Positions 1 to 12,311 of a stretch of 64,000 nt of DNA are shown piece after piece (the stretch's first letter is position 1; the number at the start of each line of letters is the position of its first letter). The notes under the pieces are model-generated. The model saw only the letters and a program-made list of their open reading frames with translations. It made no database searches and was not told the origin of the DNA. The stretch is from Adineta vaga (taxonomy: Eukaryota; Animalia; Rotifera), in assembly GCA_021613535.1 (NCBI GenBank), contig CP075494.1, positions 14,756,001 through 14,820,000 of the forward strand, read 5' to 3'. A program made the translations under genes and the position numbers.

Positions 1-578
1 GGAACTTGGCAAGTTGCACTTTCCGATGGTATTCATAAAGTTGAATTTGAACAGTATGACTAAACGAAAAGTTTTAGAAATTTTCGATTTTTGAAATTTA
101 TTCTTTTACTAGTGGCACAACATCTGGTAAACGTGTAATTCGTATTGATGGAAAAGAAACTCTTCGTCGTGATTGGCTTTTTAAACTTGTTGGCAAAGAG
201 CCTTTTAAAATTGGTAAACATCAATGTACAATTAATATCGATGCGATCAGTGGTTTTGCTTATGAATATACTCTTGATGTTGATGGAAAACCTTTAGAAA
301 AGTTCAGTGAGAATCGTTCGAAAATTAGTCGAACTTGGACATTATCACTCGATGGTGTGGATTACCGTGTTGTATTAGAAAAAGATACGTTAGATGTGTG
401 GGTTAATGGTCAACGTATTGAAGCGAATGCTGAATTTACTGAAGACGGAACAGAAACGGCTTTTGATATTGCTGGTCATGCTGCTATTTTAAAAGCTGTT
501 TCGACAGGCTATCGTCGACAAGGAATTAATCATGTATTATTTGTTGATGGAAATGAAATTCCTATCGCAAAAGAATAA
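1..578 (+). CDS. FAIM: Fas apoptotic inhibitory molecule (5'-partial; intron 54-112)
   Basis: Spliced translation GTWQVALSDGIHKVEFE|HGTTSGKRVIRIDGKETLRRDWLFKLVGKE...DYRVVLEKDTLDVWVNG...EFTEDGTET matches hallmark FAIM motifs. GT-AG intron of 59 nt. Confidence 0.93.
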
Positions 579-1014
579 TGTTGAAATAAAAATAGCAAAC
601 AAATCGTTTTTTTTTAAAATTATATTGTATATCAATGTGTATTTACTTTGTTTAATCTAAAGAAATATATGTTGTCAGTGATCTATTTTTTTTTAGATTC
701 AATAATTGAAAATCTTATTTCTTTTGAGGCATTGCTTCAAATGATTTCTGCTAAGATGAATCATTATTTTGCGTTTAATACAAAGTATAATTTATATTCA
801 CAAACCTTTTTATTGATAAGTAAAGATTCGAATAGATATTGATGTACTGAATATAACTAATCAGATGTGATTTTGTTTGTATAAAAATACGGTTTAATAT
901 GGTTGAAAAACCGCATTTTGTTTCTTATTTAGAAGAAGCATTAATTAGTTAGTTTCGTGTTCGATTTATTTATCTTGACTGAACATCTTTTTCGCTTTTT
1001 AATTGCGTTTTTAG

Positions 1015-1556
1015 AAGCAATTAAAACGTTTACTCATCATGAAAGACCGTTTCAAAAAACTCACCAAGAACACATTACAGATTTATCAAAACTTCTTGAG
1101 GTTTATAAAGATATGAAAGAATCGAAAATCAAAAAGATGACGACAGTACCACAATTAATGAACGATCTTTCTCCTGAAAGTGAACTTGTTCGTGGCTTGA
1201 GATTAATTAGTATTGATATTGAAGAAGAACAAAAGATTTCTAATGGTATTCAAGAAGTAATGAATAGAGAACTATCAAAATTTTCTTCATCTTTAGAAGA
1301 ATTTATTCGAACTATTCTAAATATTGCATCAGAAAAATGTCAAGCAGCATTACAATTAACAACTGAATTATTTTCTGATGCCAACTCAAATGATTATTTT
1401 GTAATAACAGTAGTACCCGATAATGATACTGCAGACAAATTTATACTATCGAAAGATTCACATATTCTTCGATGGCCTACTAGTCCAGCAAAACCATGGG
1501 AAACTCCTAGGGAACAAGTTTTGGATATTAATAATTTATATTTAAATAAGAAGTAA
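1015..1556 (+). CDS. Orphan open exon of about 180 codons, unknown product, possibly a gene fragment
   Basis: Long stop-free frame with protein-like composition after a TTTTTAG acceptor at about 1014. In-frame ATG at about 1112. No family recognised. Confidence 0.4.
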
Positions 1557-2811
1557 TCTTATAGTGTTTGATTTCTTTTTCCGTTCAATGACTGAAACTC
1601 AAGTTCATTGTTTTTATCAAGCAGAGTATATGAAGAGAACACTAGAAACAATTTCCTCATGATTTATGTTTAATGGTGATCTTTAAAATGTAATTGTTGA
1701 AGTGTAAAATTCATGATGTATAGAGAAAAGTACTTACGTTGTTGAAAGAAATCAACGAAATGAGATCTGGAGCATATTCGCACCAGATTTTCGACTCTTT
1801 TCTAAGCTAAGTTATATTTATCATTCAATGAATAAAGTATCTAGATCAATTATTTACGGATAGTTCTATATTTGAGGTATCTGTACAGTGAATACATACG
1901 TGTCGTTTGATTAAATAAGGAAAAATAAGCGCATAATGACATCCCAACAGATGAGATATCATTCCACATCGTTGATCATGAATAGTTCTCTTTTAAACAC
2001 AACACTATCATCGAAAAATACGACTAAATATTTTGCATCTACTGAAGCGTGGAACAACATTGTAAATTATCGGATATTACATAGATTGATCACAAGTAGA
2101 CAAGATTGAATGATTAATATTAATATTAGAAAAGAAATAATTAATTATAAAGTGTCACAACTTAACTGATCTTGTAAACGTTTATTAAGTTACAATTGAG
2201 TTGATGGTCTTGGTTCGTATGGTAAAAACGTGATTTTTCGTTATCAAACTATTTCTTTCCCATGTCATGTCTAATCAAAACCTTCGTCTCTTAAAATGAA
2301 CAAGAAAAACAAGAAACTTCCGGTAATATTTAAACAATCTCCTCTAACTACTAATTAAAAACATATTCTCATTGTAAGGATAATTTTGAATTTAAACGGA
2401 AAGTGTCTGAATGTATTAAAATTTTTATTTTTATTAAACATTCACTTTATCTAAACAACATCAAGCAGACAAGAACGTATCTCGAACAATAGAATGATGT
2501 CTTTCGTATACATAAGAAAATCATCGATCTAATATTATCGTGAAGTTTCGATGTTTCTTAAAATATTCTATGAATTCATCTAACAAAGATTATAATTATC
2601 CAATTCTTTTTCGTACTTTTCATTTCCCAAATGATATTTTTCCTTTTCCGGTCTGTTCATTTGACAATAAATTTGATAAGACAAGAAAGATTTTACCGGA
2701 AATGAAGTTTGTAGAGAACAATCGTATAAATCACGATATTTTTTCCAGTATTATTCTATTTTCCACTTACGAACACACGGTATTTCTGCGTAAAATATCA
2801 CACAAAACAAA

Positions 2812-3099
2812 ATGCTCTCAAAAGTACTGATGGTATTCTTATGTCTTACATTACTCTCAATGATTATCCGTGATACAAATGCTTATCGATTAGATCAACG
2901 TCAAATACATACGGATGACAATGAACATCTTTCTCAACCGGAATTTATTGCAAAAATTCAAAAATTACTTGCAGCTGTGCGAACAGTACATGCAAAAGAT
3001 GACGATCACAAAGATTTTGCAACAGATGATCATGATATTCAAACTCGATTAGCAATCAATCGTCGTCCAGGACTTATTCGTTTAAGAAAAAGTTATTAA
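2812..3099 (+). CDS. Secreted neuropeptide/prohormone-like precursor, 95 aa, intronless
   Basis: N-terminal hydrophobic signal peptide, acidic spacer, C-terminal RR-PGLIRL-RK between dibasic sites, AATAAA at about 3136. Confidence 0.7.
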   Translation: MLSKVLMVFLCLTLLSMIIRDTNAYRLDQRQIHTDDNEHLSQPEFIAKIQKLLAAVRTVHAKDDDHKDFATDDHDIQTRLAINRRPGLIRLRKSY

Positions 3100-3373
3100 T
3101 CTTGTCCATCTTTAACTAACTTTATCATTATTTGAAATAAATCCTGACATAAAATTCGTTTTTCTTTATCATCTTTATCTTATCCTAAAGTAATTTGTTG
3201 ATTTATTTAATTCGAAAACAAAATATACAATTGTAATACACACATAAAGAAAAATAAGAACAATGAATGAATCAGATCACAAGACGAAAAAACCAAATAA
3301 TACGAGAATTGTTATAAACAACAAAATATATCTATATGTATTGATCTATTGTAGAAAAATATTATCTCTATGA

Positions 3374-5893
3374 TTATTTCGATATGTTATGAGACGATAA
3401 ACGTGGTTTATCACCGAATATTGCTGGAAATGTTTTTCCATCTGGAAATTGTGCTTGATGTTCTTCAAGAATTTGATTTTTCATTAAACAAGATTCTCGA
3501 TACTGAAAAACGAAAACACATTTCTTTCAATCATGATTAAAGCTGCATGACATACTTTTATTGCTTTTTGTAACATTTGTTTTGTATCGAGTGGAACATT
3601 GAGTTGTTCAATACAATCATTATAATTAAATATGGATGTCATTCGACCAGATGAATCGACAAGTTTGATTTCTAATACTGAATCTAGATGTTCTAAATTT
3701 TTTCGATAGATAGAAATTTTTGTACCATTAATATGCGTAAACTAAATATGTATTGAGTTTATTTTTGTTTAATGAAGAAATAGAATGATTACTTACATCA
3801 AATTCAATAGATGTTTCCATTAGACGACATTTACCATCATTTGTATACATTATTATCTTACATCGAAGTGAACGAATGATATTCACAAATCTAAATCGAA
3901 GGTAAGATAGTTTTATCTCTTTATTATTGTATTCATTTACTTCCATGCTCGACGATATTTACTATGATACTGTTCAGGTAATGTATCGAATGTGTATTGT
4001 TCATAGATTGTTGGTAAGGAAAGTGGACCTTCACTTTCAATATAAGAATTATATTGTTTTCGATCAGGTCGATAGTATATAATCTAGAAAACGAAAATGA
4101 ATCTGTGATAGGATATGGAAATCGATTTGTACCTTTTGTCCATCGGATGAAACTCGAAATACATCGACAATACGTTTTGAACCAGTTTTAGCTTCGACAA
4201 GATGTTGAATAACAACTTCTCCATCATCTAATACATCCATCTAAATATGTCAAGATTTTCGTTAACAAATCAATTCGAATTCTTTAACTTACAATATCAC
4301 TTTTGGTGATAACATGTCGACGATCGAGACGTTGCGTATTCAATGGAATTAATTTTTCATTGATAAATTTACGATGACTTAGACTATTCGTATTACTTAA
4401 ATTATTACAACTTAATACCGATGTTGATGACGCATTTCTACATGATCAAACAAGAAATAATTTAAATGCATTCTTCTTCGATTCAATTCAATTACATTTT
4501 CTGACTTTTACTGATCATTAATGGTGGTAATGAATTTAGAATTGTAGGACCTCTTGATTCATTCGCTGGTTGCCGACTTGAAAGTGATGTATCAAAATAT
4601 CCACTATCACTTCTTAATGACTGAAACGTATTTTCAAAATTCAGAAACAACAAACACGAAAATTATCTATTTTTACATACAGTTGAACTAGTTCTTGATG
4701 AATTCATTCGATCATTTAATTGACGTTTTAATAGAAATGGATGATTACGAATTTGCATCAATGTTAAACGTCTTTTGGCATCTTTTTGTAAAATTCGATT
4801 GATTAAATCTTTCGCTTCGTAACTTAAACCTTCTGGTAAAACATATCGAACATTTGCAACTCGTTTTAATGTTGAAAGAACATCTACAACAAACAAAAAG
4901 TTCATTTCCAATTTCATTTAACAACTCAGATACAAACCTTGATCATCAAATGGTGGTTTTCCAACTAAACATTGATACATAAGTGCACCTAACGACCATA
5001 TATCTGCTTCGAAACTATGGGCTTTTCGTGTTGCAATTTCAGGTGCAAGAAAGTTCGGCGTACCAACCATAGTAAAATTTGATTGTTCATGAGTTATTAA
5101 TTGTTTTGCTAAACCAAAATCAGCGATTTTCTAAATGAAAAAAAAGTAAATATTTTAATGAAAGAATCTTTTCAAATCAACATACGACATTATTTTCTTT
5201 TGTTAGAAGAAGATTATGTAATTTCAGATCACGATGAAGTATTTGATGTGAATGTAAATATTCAATACCCGCCACGATTTGTTTTATATAATGACGTGCT
5301 TTTAGAAAGAGAGAGAAAAGAAAACTTTCAAAATTGTTTTGGAAATTCATCTTACTTTCATCTTCAGTAAATTGTTGACGAATATTTAAATATTTCTGCA
5401 TATCTGTTGCACATAATTCAAGAACTAGATATATATTAGTATCATCTTCGAACACTTCAAGCAACTGAAATGAAGATTAAAAATGAAAAGATAATCGTAA
5501 AAATGTTCACGTACTTGTACAATAGTCGTATTACGTAGACGATAATGTATTTGGACTTCTTCATTGACACGTGATTGAGCATTTTTTAATTTTAATTGTT
5601 GTTTATCCATCTATAAAAAGATTTTTTATTATTTTTATTTGTGAAGAAAAAAACGAAAGAATACTTACAATTTTAATAGCGACATCAAATTTATCACATA
5701 ATCGAATACCTCGATAAACTTTTGCAAAACCACCGGTACCAATTAATTCAAATTTATCATAATTCTAATAATCATAATAGATTTTCATAAAAAAACAAAA
5801 AGTCCATTAGAAAATAATTCTTACTTTAATAGAATCAAGATTAATACATCGATCACATGAATGTGGAGTCCATTCAGCTGCACTTACAGCCAT
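3374..5893 (-). CDS. PLK4: Polo-like kinase 4 (SAK), multi-exon
   Basis: Kinase motifs IGTGGFAKVY, VAIK, HRDLKLHN, KIADFGLA, GTPNFLAPE; DSGYFDT degron-like motif; cryptic polo box signatures LIPLNTQRL, VSSDG, YHSKYRRAWKFVNIIRS...KCRLME, FPAIFGDKP. Confidence 0.9.
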
Positions 5894-6303
5894 GATTTCT
5901 GTTCTAAATTTAGAAGAAGAAAAAAAAAGATGAAAAGTCGATATCTAATTCTCGTAACACGAAATAATAAAATTGATTCGTTCAATGACGCAACTCATTG
6001 TTTCCCACATTTTTCCAATAATGTAACCATTCCCAAAAAATCGTACAAAATTCATCGAAAAGAAAAGATATGTGTAAGAAAATTTTGAATTAGTTTTTGA
6101 AGAAAATTTTGACTCAGATGAATAAAAGATCGGAATAACTAGAGCGCCCTCTATTTTTCTTCTTTTCTCTAGTTCGTCATTTTCTGCGAACGAGGATTGT
6201 CTCTGTGTGTGTATGATAACTTGTTTATTGTTTGTTTCGATCTCCGATCTGATCGGTTACGAATATCTTCTCGTTAGATTTTGAGTAAACAAAAAAATCG
6301 ATT

Positions 6304-9300
6304 ATGAATTTAAACACTGATAAAGAACTCAACGATTTACTCGATCTCAATGCCGTAAGTTTCAGATTTTATCAAACAAAACGAATTGATTTCTTTCTCT
6401 TAGGTAAAAAATCGAACTCGATTTCCAAATACTACAATCGAATCATCTCAACATCCTTCTCTTTCTGTATGCATCATTATTCTTGTCCTTATCAATAAAT
6501 TCTTTATCTTTTTATTCAGATGTTATGTTCAACAATTCCCTACTCAAGTGGTGCACCAATTCTATCTTCAGAAACAATTTATAGTAGTGCAAATAAAGGT
6601 TTGAATTCATTGCTTAATTATATTCATACGTATTTCTTTTCTCTTAAAGACTATTGGAATGATTGTGCATCATCAGCAACATATAACGATGGAGTATGTC
6701 GTATTTTCAATTGAAAAAAGAATAAGAAATTGTTTACATGTATATGATAGATTTATGAAGGCAGTTTTAACAATCGAGATATTCTTCATCCATTTATAAC
6801 CAATGAATCTTTGAATAATATTTCGTCAAATCTTGTATGAGATTTAATTAAAATAATATGTCGAATTCTCTTTCTTCTTTTTTTTTATAGATTTCACGAA
6901 CTACGACAACTGATCAAACTTATTCAGGTTTATAATTAATTCATCGATTGTTTGCAGTCTTCACGTTTTTCTTTTCTATTTAATAGAAAAACTTGAGGAG
7001 AAAACGCACCGATCAACTAATGTAAGTAATGACTTTTGATCATTTCTTTTTTGTTGCTCTCTTACTATGTATATATATATATATATATATATAATTAAAT
7101 TGACGTCAATGATTAACCACTCTTGAAAATTGTTAAACGTTCATTAGATATTTATTGTTTGTCGTCGACATGAAAGTTATCTCTGTTTAAAATCAAACAG
7201 AAGTTTTGTTGAATAAGAAAAGATTTCTTTTAATCATATATCTTTATTTTTTTCTTGTCACATCAGACGTTGACGTGTGAGTAATTGATATAATTATTTG
7301 CTGTCTCTGTTTCTGACATGACGACATCTTTCTTCTGTCGGAAGATCGATTGAGAACAACTTCGCTAATTCACTCGATGATAAATTAAGATGAATGAAGA
7401 GACAATGACAATGGATTGTCTTCATATTTCTTTCTTTCGCACTCTTAAGAAAGAAACTTACGGTTGATTAACAACAATCATCTTTCTCCTCTTACTGACT
7501 TTTTATATTCGTCGTATTTTCTATTGAAAAATGTGTATATGTGCACCAGCTGGTCCAATGACATGAATATATTGTGAACGAATGAATTTCAAGAGAATAA
7601 GAGAGGTTCGCTTCGTCTATCAACTATATACAATGGGCTTGATTGTATGTGTATTGTCTGACCGAAGTCGTGTGTATGTGATAAAATTAATAGTTGTGTT
7701 TATCTACATTCGATGGCACACGAACGAGCTTTCCAGCTGCGCTACGAGCTTTCCTCTTTGTAAACATTATGTACGCTTAGCGGTAAATGTAAAAAGGACA
7801 AACAACGTAATAAACGTTAGTAGTCATGTTGGCTCTCTCTCTCTCTCTTTCTTGCTTGAAGATGTCGTGAGATATGATAATAGATATTCGATTGTTACTA
7901 CTGCTTGTTTCCAACAATGATAAATGGATAAAAAAAGAGAGAGAAAAGAGGCGCTAATCGACTTTGCGCATATATACAAAAGAACAAAGCTTGTGTAATA
8001 ATTGTTCGACGACATAAACAACGAGATAATAAAGAAAGAAGTCTAATGAGAAATATAGCTTGAGGAAAAGATTTTTGCTTCTTCTTCTCTTTTACTTTCA
8101 TAGTGATCTCGACAAAGAACTATCACTACAAGCTAGGATCTTCATTCGTTCCAAATCTATTTCTTTATATACAGTTGTTTATCTTCAGATACGGAGGGCA
8201 ATTCATTCACCCGGGCGCATGATGCCTGCTCGAGATACGAGCCTTTGTCTTTACATTTATTTCACCTTCTCTGTCTTCCGCTAAAAGACTACAGCAAACA
8301 AAAAAAGCAGAGGAAGAAACGCGCGCGCAAGAGAGAGAAATGATGATTTTTTTATGTGTCTTGTTTCTCTCTTTCCTGTTCGTACCCCCGCCTCTAGTTA
8401 ACACATCGCAAGATAAGGATATCTCGCTGTTCCAGTGAAAGGTCTCCCGCATCGATCGACTCTCCCTTCTCTTCCTTTTTCTTCTTTCTCTTTCTTTTTC
8501 GATGCATATCACTTTTTCCCTCTTTTCTGTGCTATCAAGCAGTGCTACATGTAGATACGACGAGTTTATTTGACACAACAATTATAAGTCAATTTTATTT
8601 CATCTTCTCTCTTTTTTTTGGACTAACTGTGATGAACTAATCATTCATTTTCTTTCTCAAAACACAATATATAAATGTTCTACTATTCTCGGCCATCGTA
8701 TCAGGTAAGCAATGGAAGAAAAGACGAAATCTTCAGAGATAATTTTTTTGTACAAAAGACTAAGACCTTCTTATTGTACCTCTAAAATTTTTACAATTTG
8801 TATCGGATTAAGAAGAATACGAAGAGTAATTGTCACCTTCGTCTTTAGGTCAAATACGAGCAAGATGAAGAGAAAAAATAAGTTTTTTTTCGTCATTTCA
8901 TTGTTTGCCTTTAATTGCAATTGATCGAATAAAAAAAGAAAGATAATGCTAATCAATACATTATCTTGCTCAATCGAATGATGTGAATGTCAGCATGAAT
9001 TGCGCTCGTACGTCCTTTGATCTCGTGCCGAGTGAGCACAAACAAACGAATCTTTCTCTCTGATATTCTCTTGATTAGCCAACATTGATATCAGTGGGTG
9101 ATCGAGTTAGTTTTCTCGAATGATACGTTACTGTCGTTAGTCTTAAGTTCGAATGTGTAACTGTTGATCTTCGTTCCTTTTTGATGAAATTGGGTTCTCC
9201 TATAGATGTTTATTACTGGTAAATGTGTATATGCTATGCTTCAATTAGAAAAAGAAGAAGAAGAAGAAGACGAAGGCGACGAAGGAGGAGAATAATAATA

Positions 9301-11623
9301 ATAATCGAACATCGCGAGGGAAAAATAATTAGAATTGATTTTTGCTATGGAAATGTCTGATGAAGAAAGCACTTGTGTAATTTATCGTCAAAGGAAAAGA
9401 ACTAAAGCGTTTGCACATGAGGTCAATCAAAACAACTTAGATATTAATAGGCTAAAGACGTTCGTTATACAATCATTACGTCTTCTTTTTTCTGTTTTAT
9501 TAGGTCTACACATCGGATGATTATAATCCCGAGAATGCTGGACGATATCCAACGGGAAAATCAGCTTACGGAAACGATTCAACATATTATGTTGGTAAGG
9601 GAATTATTAATCAAAGAGAAAAAATGTAGACTTCTTTATTCTTCATCATTTACTAATGAATAGATGGTCAAAATGGTGGTCCATGGCTGCCACCACCACC
9701 AACAACATCAACTTATTTATCGAATGATCTTAGTACTGCTCATGGAACTTTTACCGATGCAGCAGGTTCATGCTTACCATCCATGGCAAGTTTTCGATCG
9801 CAACAAGCAGTAGTAGCAGCAGCATACACGAATAATGGCAATGAACAAACAGTACAAACCGGAGAAACACTGGGAAAAGCACTTCAATCTGTATGAAATT
9901 ACTACTTGAAAAATGAATTCTTGAAAAACTTCTTTATTTTTCATAGATCTATCCAAATGATCATCCATATTCTTCAACACCATCGACTTCCGTCTCTCCT
10001 CCTCCATTGAATGGTACATAACAAAAGAAAAGAGAATTTCTCACAGAAAAAAAAACACAATTTGTTTTCTCATTTTACTCAGGATCTAGTCCATCGTGGG
10101 TTGCTGCACCAACAGTTAATCAATCCTATCACAATCAATTACATCCTCTCGTAAGTTTTTCATCAATCAAGATAAGATAATAATAAAAAAAGCATACCTA
10201 TCTAACCTATTAATCTCTAATCTCAGACAACTCTAGTCGATTTGAATGATGAACCGTACTATTTGCTCAATCTAAATGAGGTTTGTCTATTCATTGGGTG
10301 ATGGAAATTCAGTTCTTTAGATTGTTATTGATAATGGAAATGGTATAATATTCTATTTTTTAGCCACCACGATTAGATGTCGATGATCCATTTCGTCAAC
10401 CATCAACAGATTATCATCATTATTATGCTGGTTATCATCATCCACATTCCACTGGACCTTATTCGGCATTTCTAACTCATCCAACAAGTTTACATCCACT
10501 ACCACCACCAACAACATCTGATACATCCTCACGAAATCGACATCATGATCCATATTTAACATGTAAGATCTATTGAAAAAAAAGCTAAGTAACTGACGTT
10601 TATCTTTAACTCTTCATTTAGATCCTAATCCGCCATCGACATCATCTTCAACATCATCAGTGGATGCCAATGCTGGTACCAATTCAGACTTGAAAGTTGA
10701 ATGCATCGATAAAGCTAAACCAGATAGTGAAAATAAACCACCGCCACCTCTATCAAAGACAACACCGAATGCATCATCACAATTAACAACCGATAGATTA
10801 AATGAATTTAACCTTCGACAACAAACATTAACAGATATTTCGCAAGAAAATGCATCACCATTGACAGTTGCTATCGGCGGAACAACAAATAATGTACATA
10901 TTGGTCCATCATCATCATCGTCATCTAAATTTCGAAAGTAAATAGAAAAGAAATTGAATTAAATATCTAAATGTTAAATTTTCCTTTTGTATTCTTTTCT
11001 AGTTCTTTGGCACTTAGTCCAAATAGTCAAATGAATCTTTCATGTATGCGTGGGGGACCTGGTTCGGAAGGTAGTATCGATCCAGATGAAACTCCTGAAG
11101 AACGTGAACGACGAGAGAAAGATCGACGAGCAGCAAATAATGCTCGAGAAAGGCAAGAATTTATCGACAATCTTTGTATTTTCTTCAAATTTATCGTTGT
11201 TATTTGTTTTTCTTCTTCAGATTACGTGTGCGAGATATTAACGATGCATTTAAAGAACTCGGTCGAATGTGCTCAATTCATATGCGTAATGATAAACCCG
11301 TTACAAAACTAGGTGTACTTCAACAAGCAGTGAATCTAATAACATCACTTGAACAACAAGTTCGAGGTATGAACTTATTTGTTTCTAAAGAAAACCCATT
11401 TGAAATGTTCGCTTTGGACTTTCCTTTATCAGAACGAAATTTAAATCCGAAAGCTGCATGTCTACGTCGACGTGAAGAAGAAAAATCTGAAGATATGAAT
11501 TTAGGTGGAGTTATGCCACCTCCAAATGGAAATCTTATGTCAACCGAATCATCTTCAATTGATGGTTCGAATTATTTGGAACAGATGCATCAATCTATTC
11601 CTCCATCTTATTGGCAACAATGA
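6304..11623 (+). CDS. Class I bHLH E-protein (TCF3/TCF4/TCF12, daughterless orthologue), many small exons
   Basis: AD1-like [10 protein letters not shown]; LGKALQSIY motif; b[30 protein letters not shown]...[39 protein letters not shown]. Phases of exons 1-7 were checked and are in frame. Confidence 0.95.
7070..7092. repeat. (TA)n microsatellite
   Basis: Direct reading. A similar (TA)n lies at about 47603-47622. Confidence 0.9.
8675..8704 (+). CDS. Putative alternative first coding exon of the E-protein ([10 protein letters not shown])
   Basis: ATG at 8675, 10 codons, consensus CAG|GTAAG donor in phase 0, in frame with the exon starting at 9504 (VYTSDDYN). Confidence 0.65.
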
Positions 11624-12311
11624 AGAAAATATCATTTGGTGTGTTTGGTTTTTCTATGTACAAGTTCTGTGTGTGTGCGCTATTATTATTTGCTTATCGG
11701 TGCCTTTGTGTTTTTGTTTTCATTTCTCGCTCTCTCTCTCTCTCTCATTTAAATAATCTATACATAAAAATATGAGACAAACAATTGACATGATGAAGAC
11801 ATTGGTTTCGTTTTCTTTTTAGTATTTGCCTGTATTTTTTTTCTTTTTCTTTGTATATGATATAATGATGATGATCTATGGAGCAATAAATGAAAGTTGA
11901 GATAGGACAAGACAGTATTTTTTTTTGTTTCATTGTGCAACTTCAACATCTTGTTTTGTGCAATTCACTGACAGATTATAGCAAGTGAAACGTTTTGTTG
12001 TTTTTTTTCCTATTTGTACATTACACAAGTTTATTGAAGAAAAAAACCTCGTTTTCTTTTCTCGTCCATTGATCTGTTTAACTGTTTCTTTTTCTTCTCT
12101 TTTACTGTCTGACATTTGTTTGTTTCTTCTCAATTGTCATGCTTGCTTTGGAGTATTTCATCTCTTATCTTTTGTTGCTCTACACATATTGATATGTGCA
12201 CATGTTTAATAATAAAAGAAAGATTTCTTTAATTAATAGTCAAATATTAACAATTACATACAGAAAAGCAAATCGAAAAGAAAATATCTGGCATAACATA
12301 GGAGTTGATAT

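Noticed and set aside
7582-8956. ORF-track ORFs of 60-124 aa inside the E-protein intron
   Set aside because: Low-complexity, non-ATG or composition-driven frames with no recognisable motifs.
9204-9216. AG/GT-bounded 13-nt segment ATGTTTATTACTG in the E-protein intron
   Set aside because: Length and phase are incompatible with the phase-0 acceptor at 9504, and no partner exon was identified.
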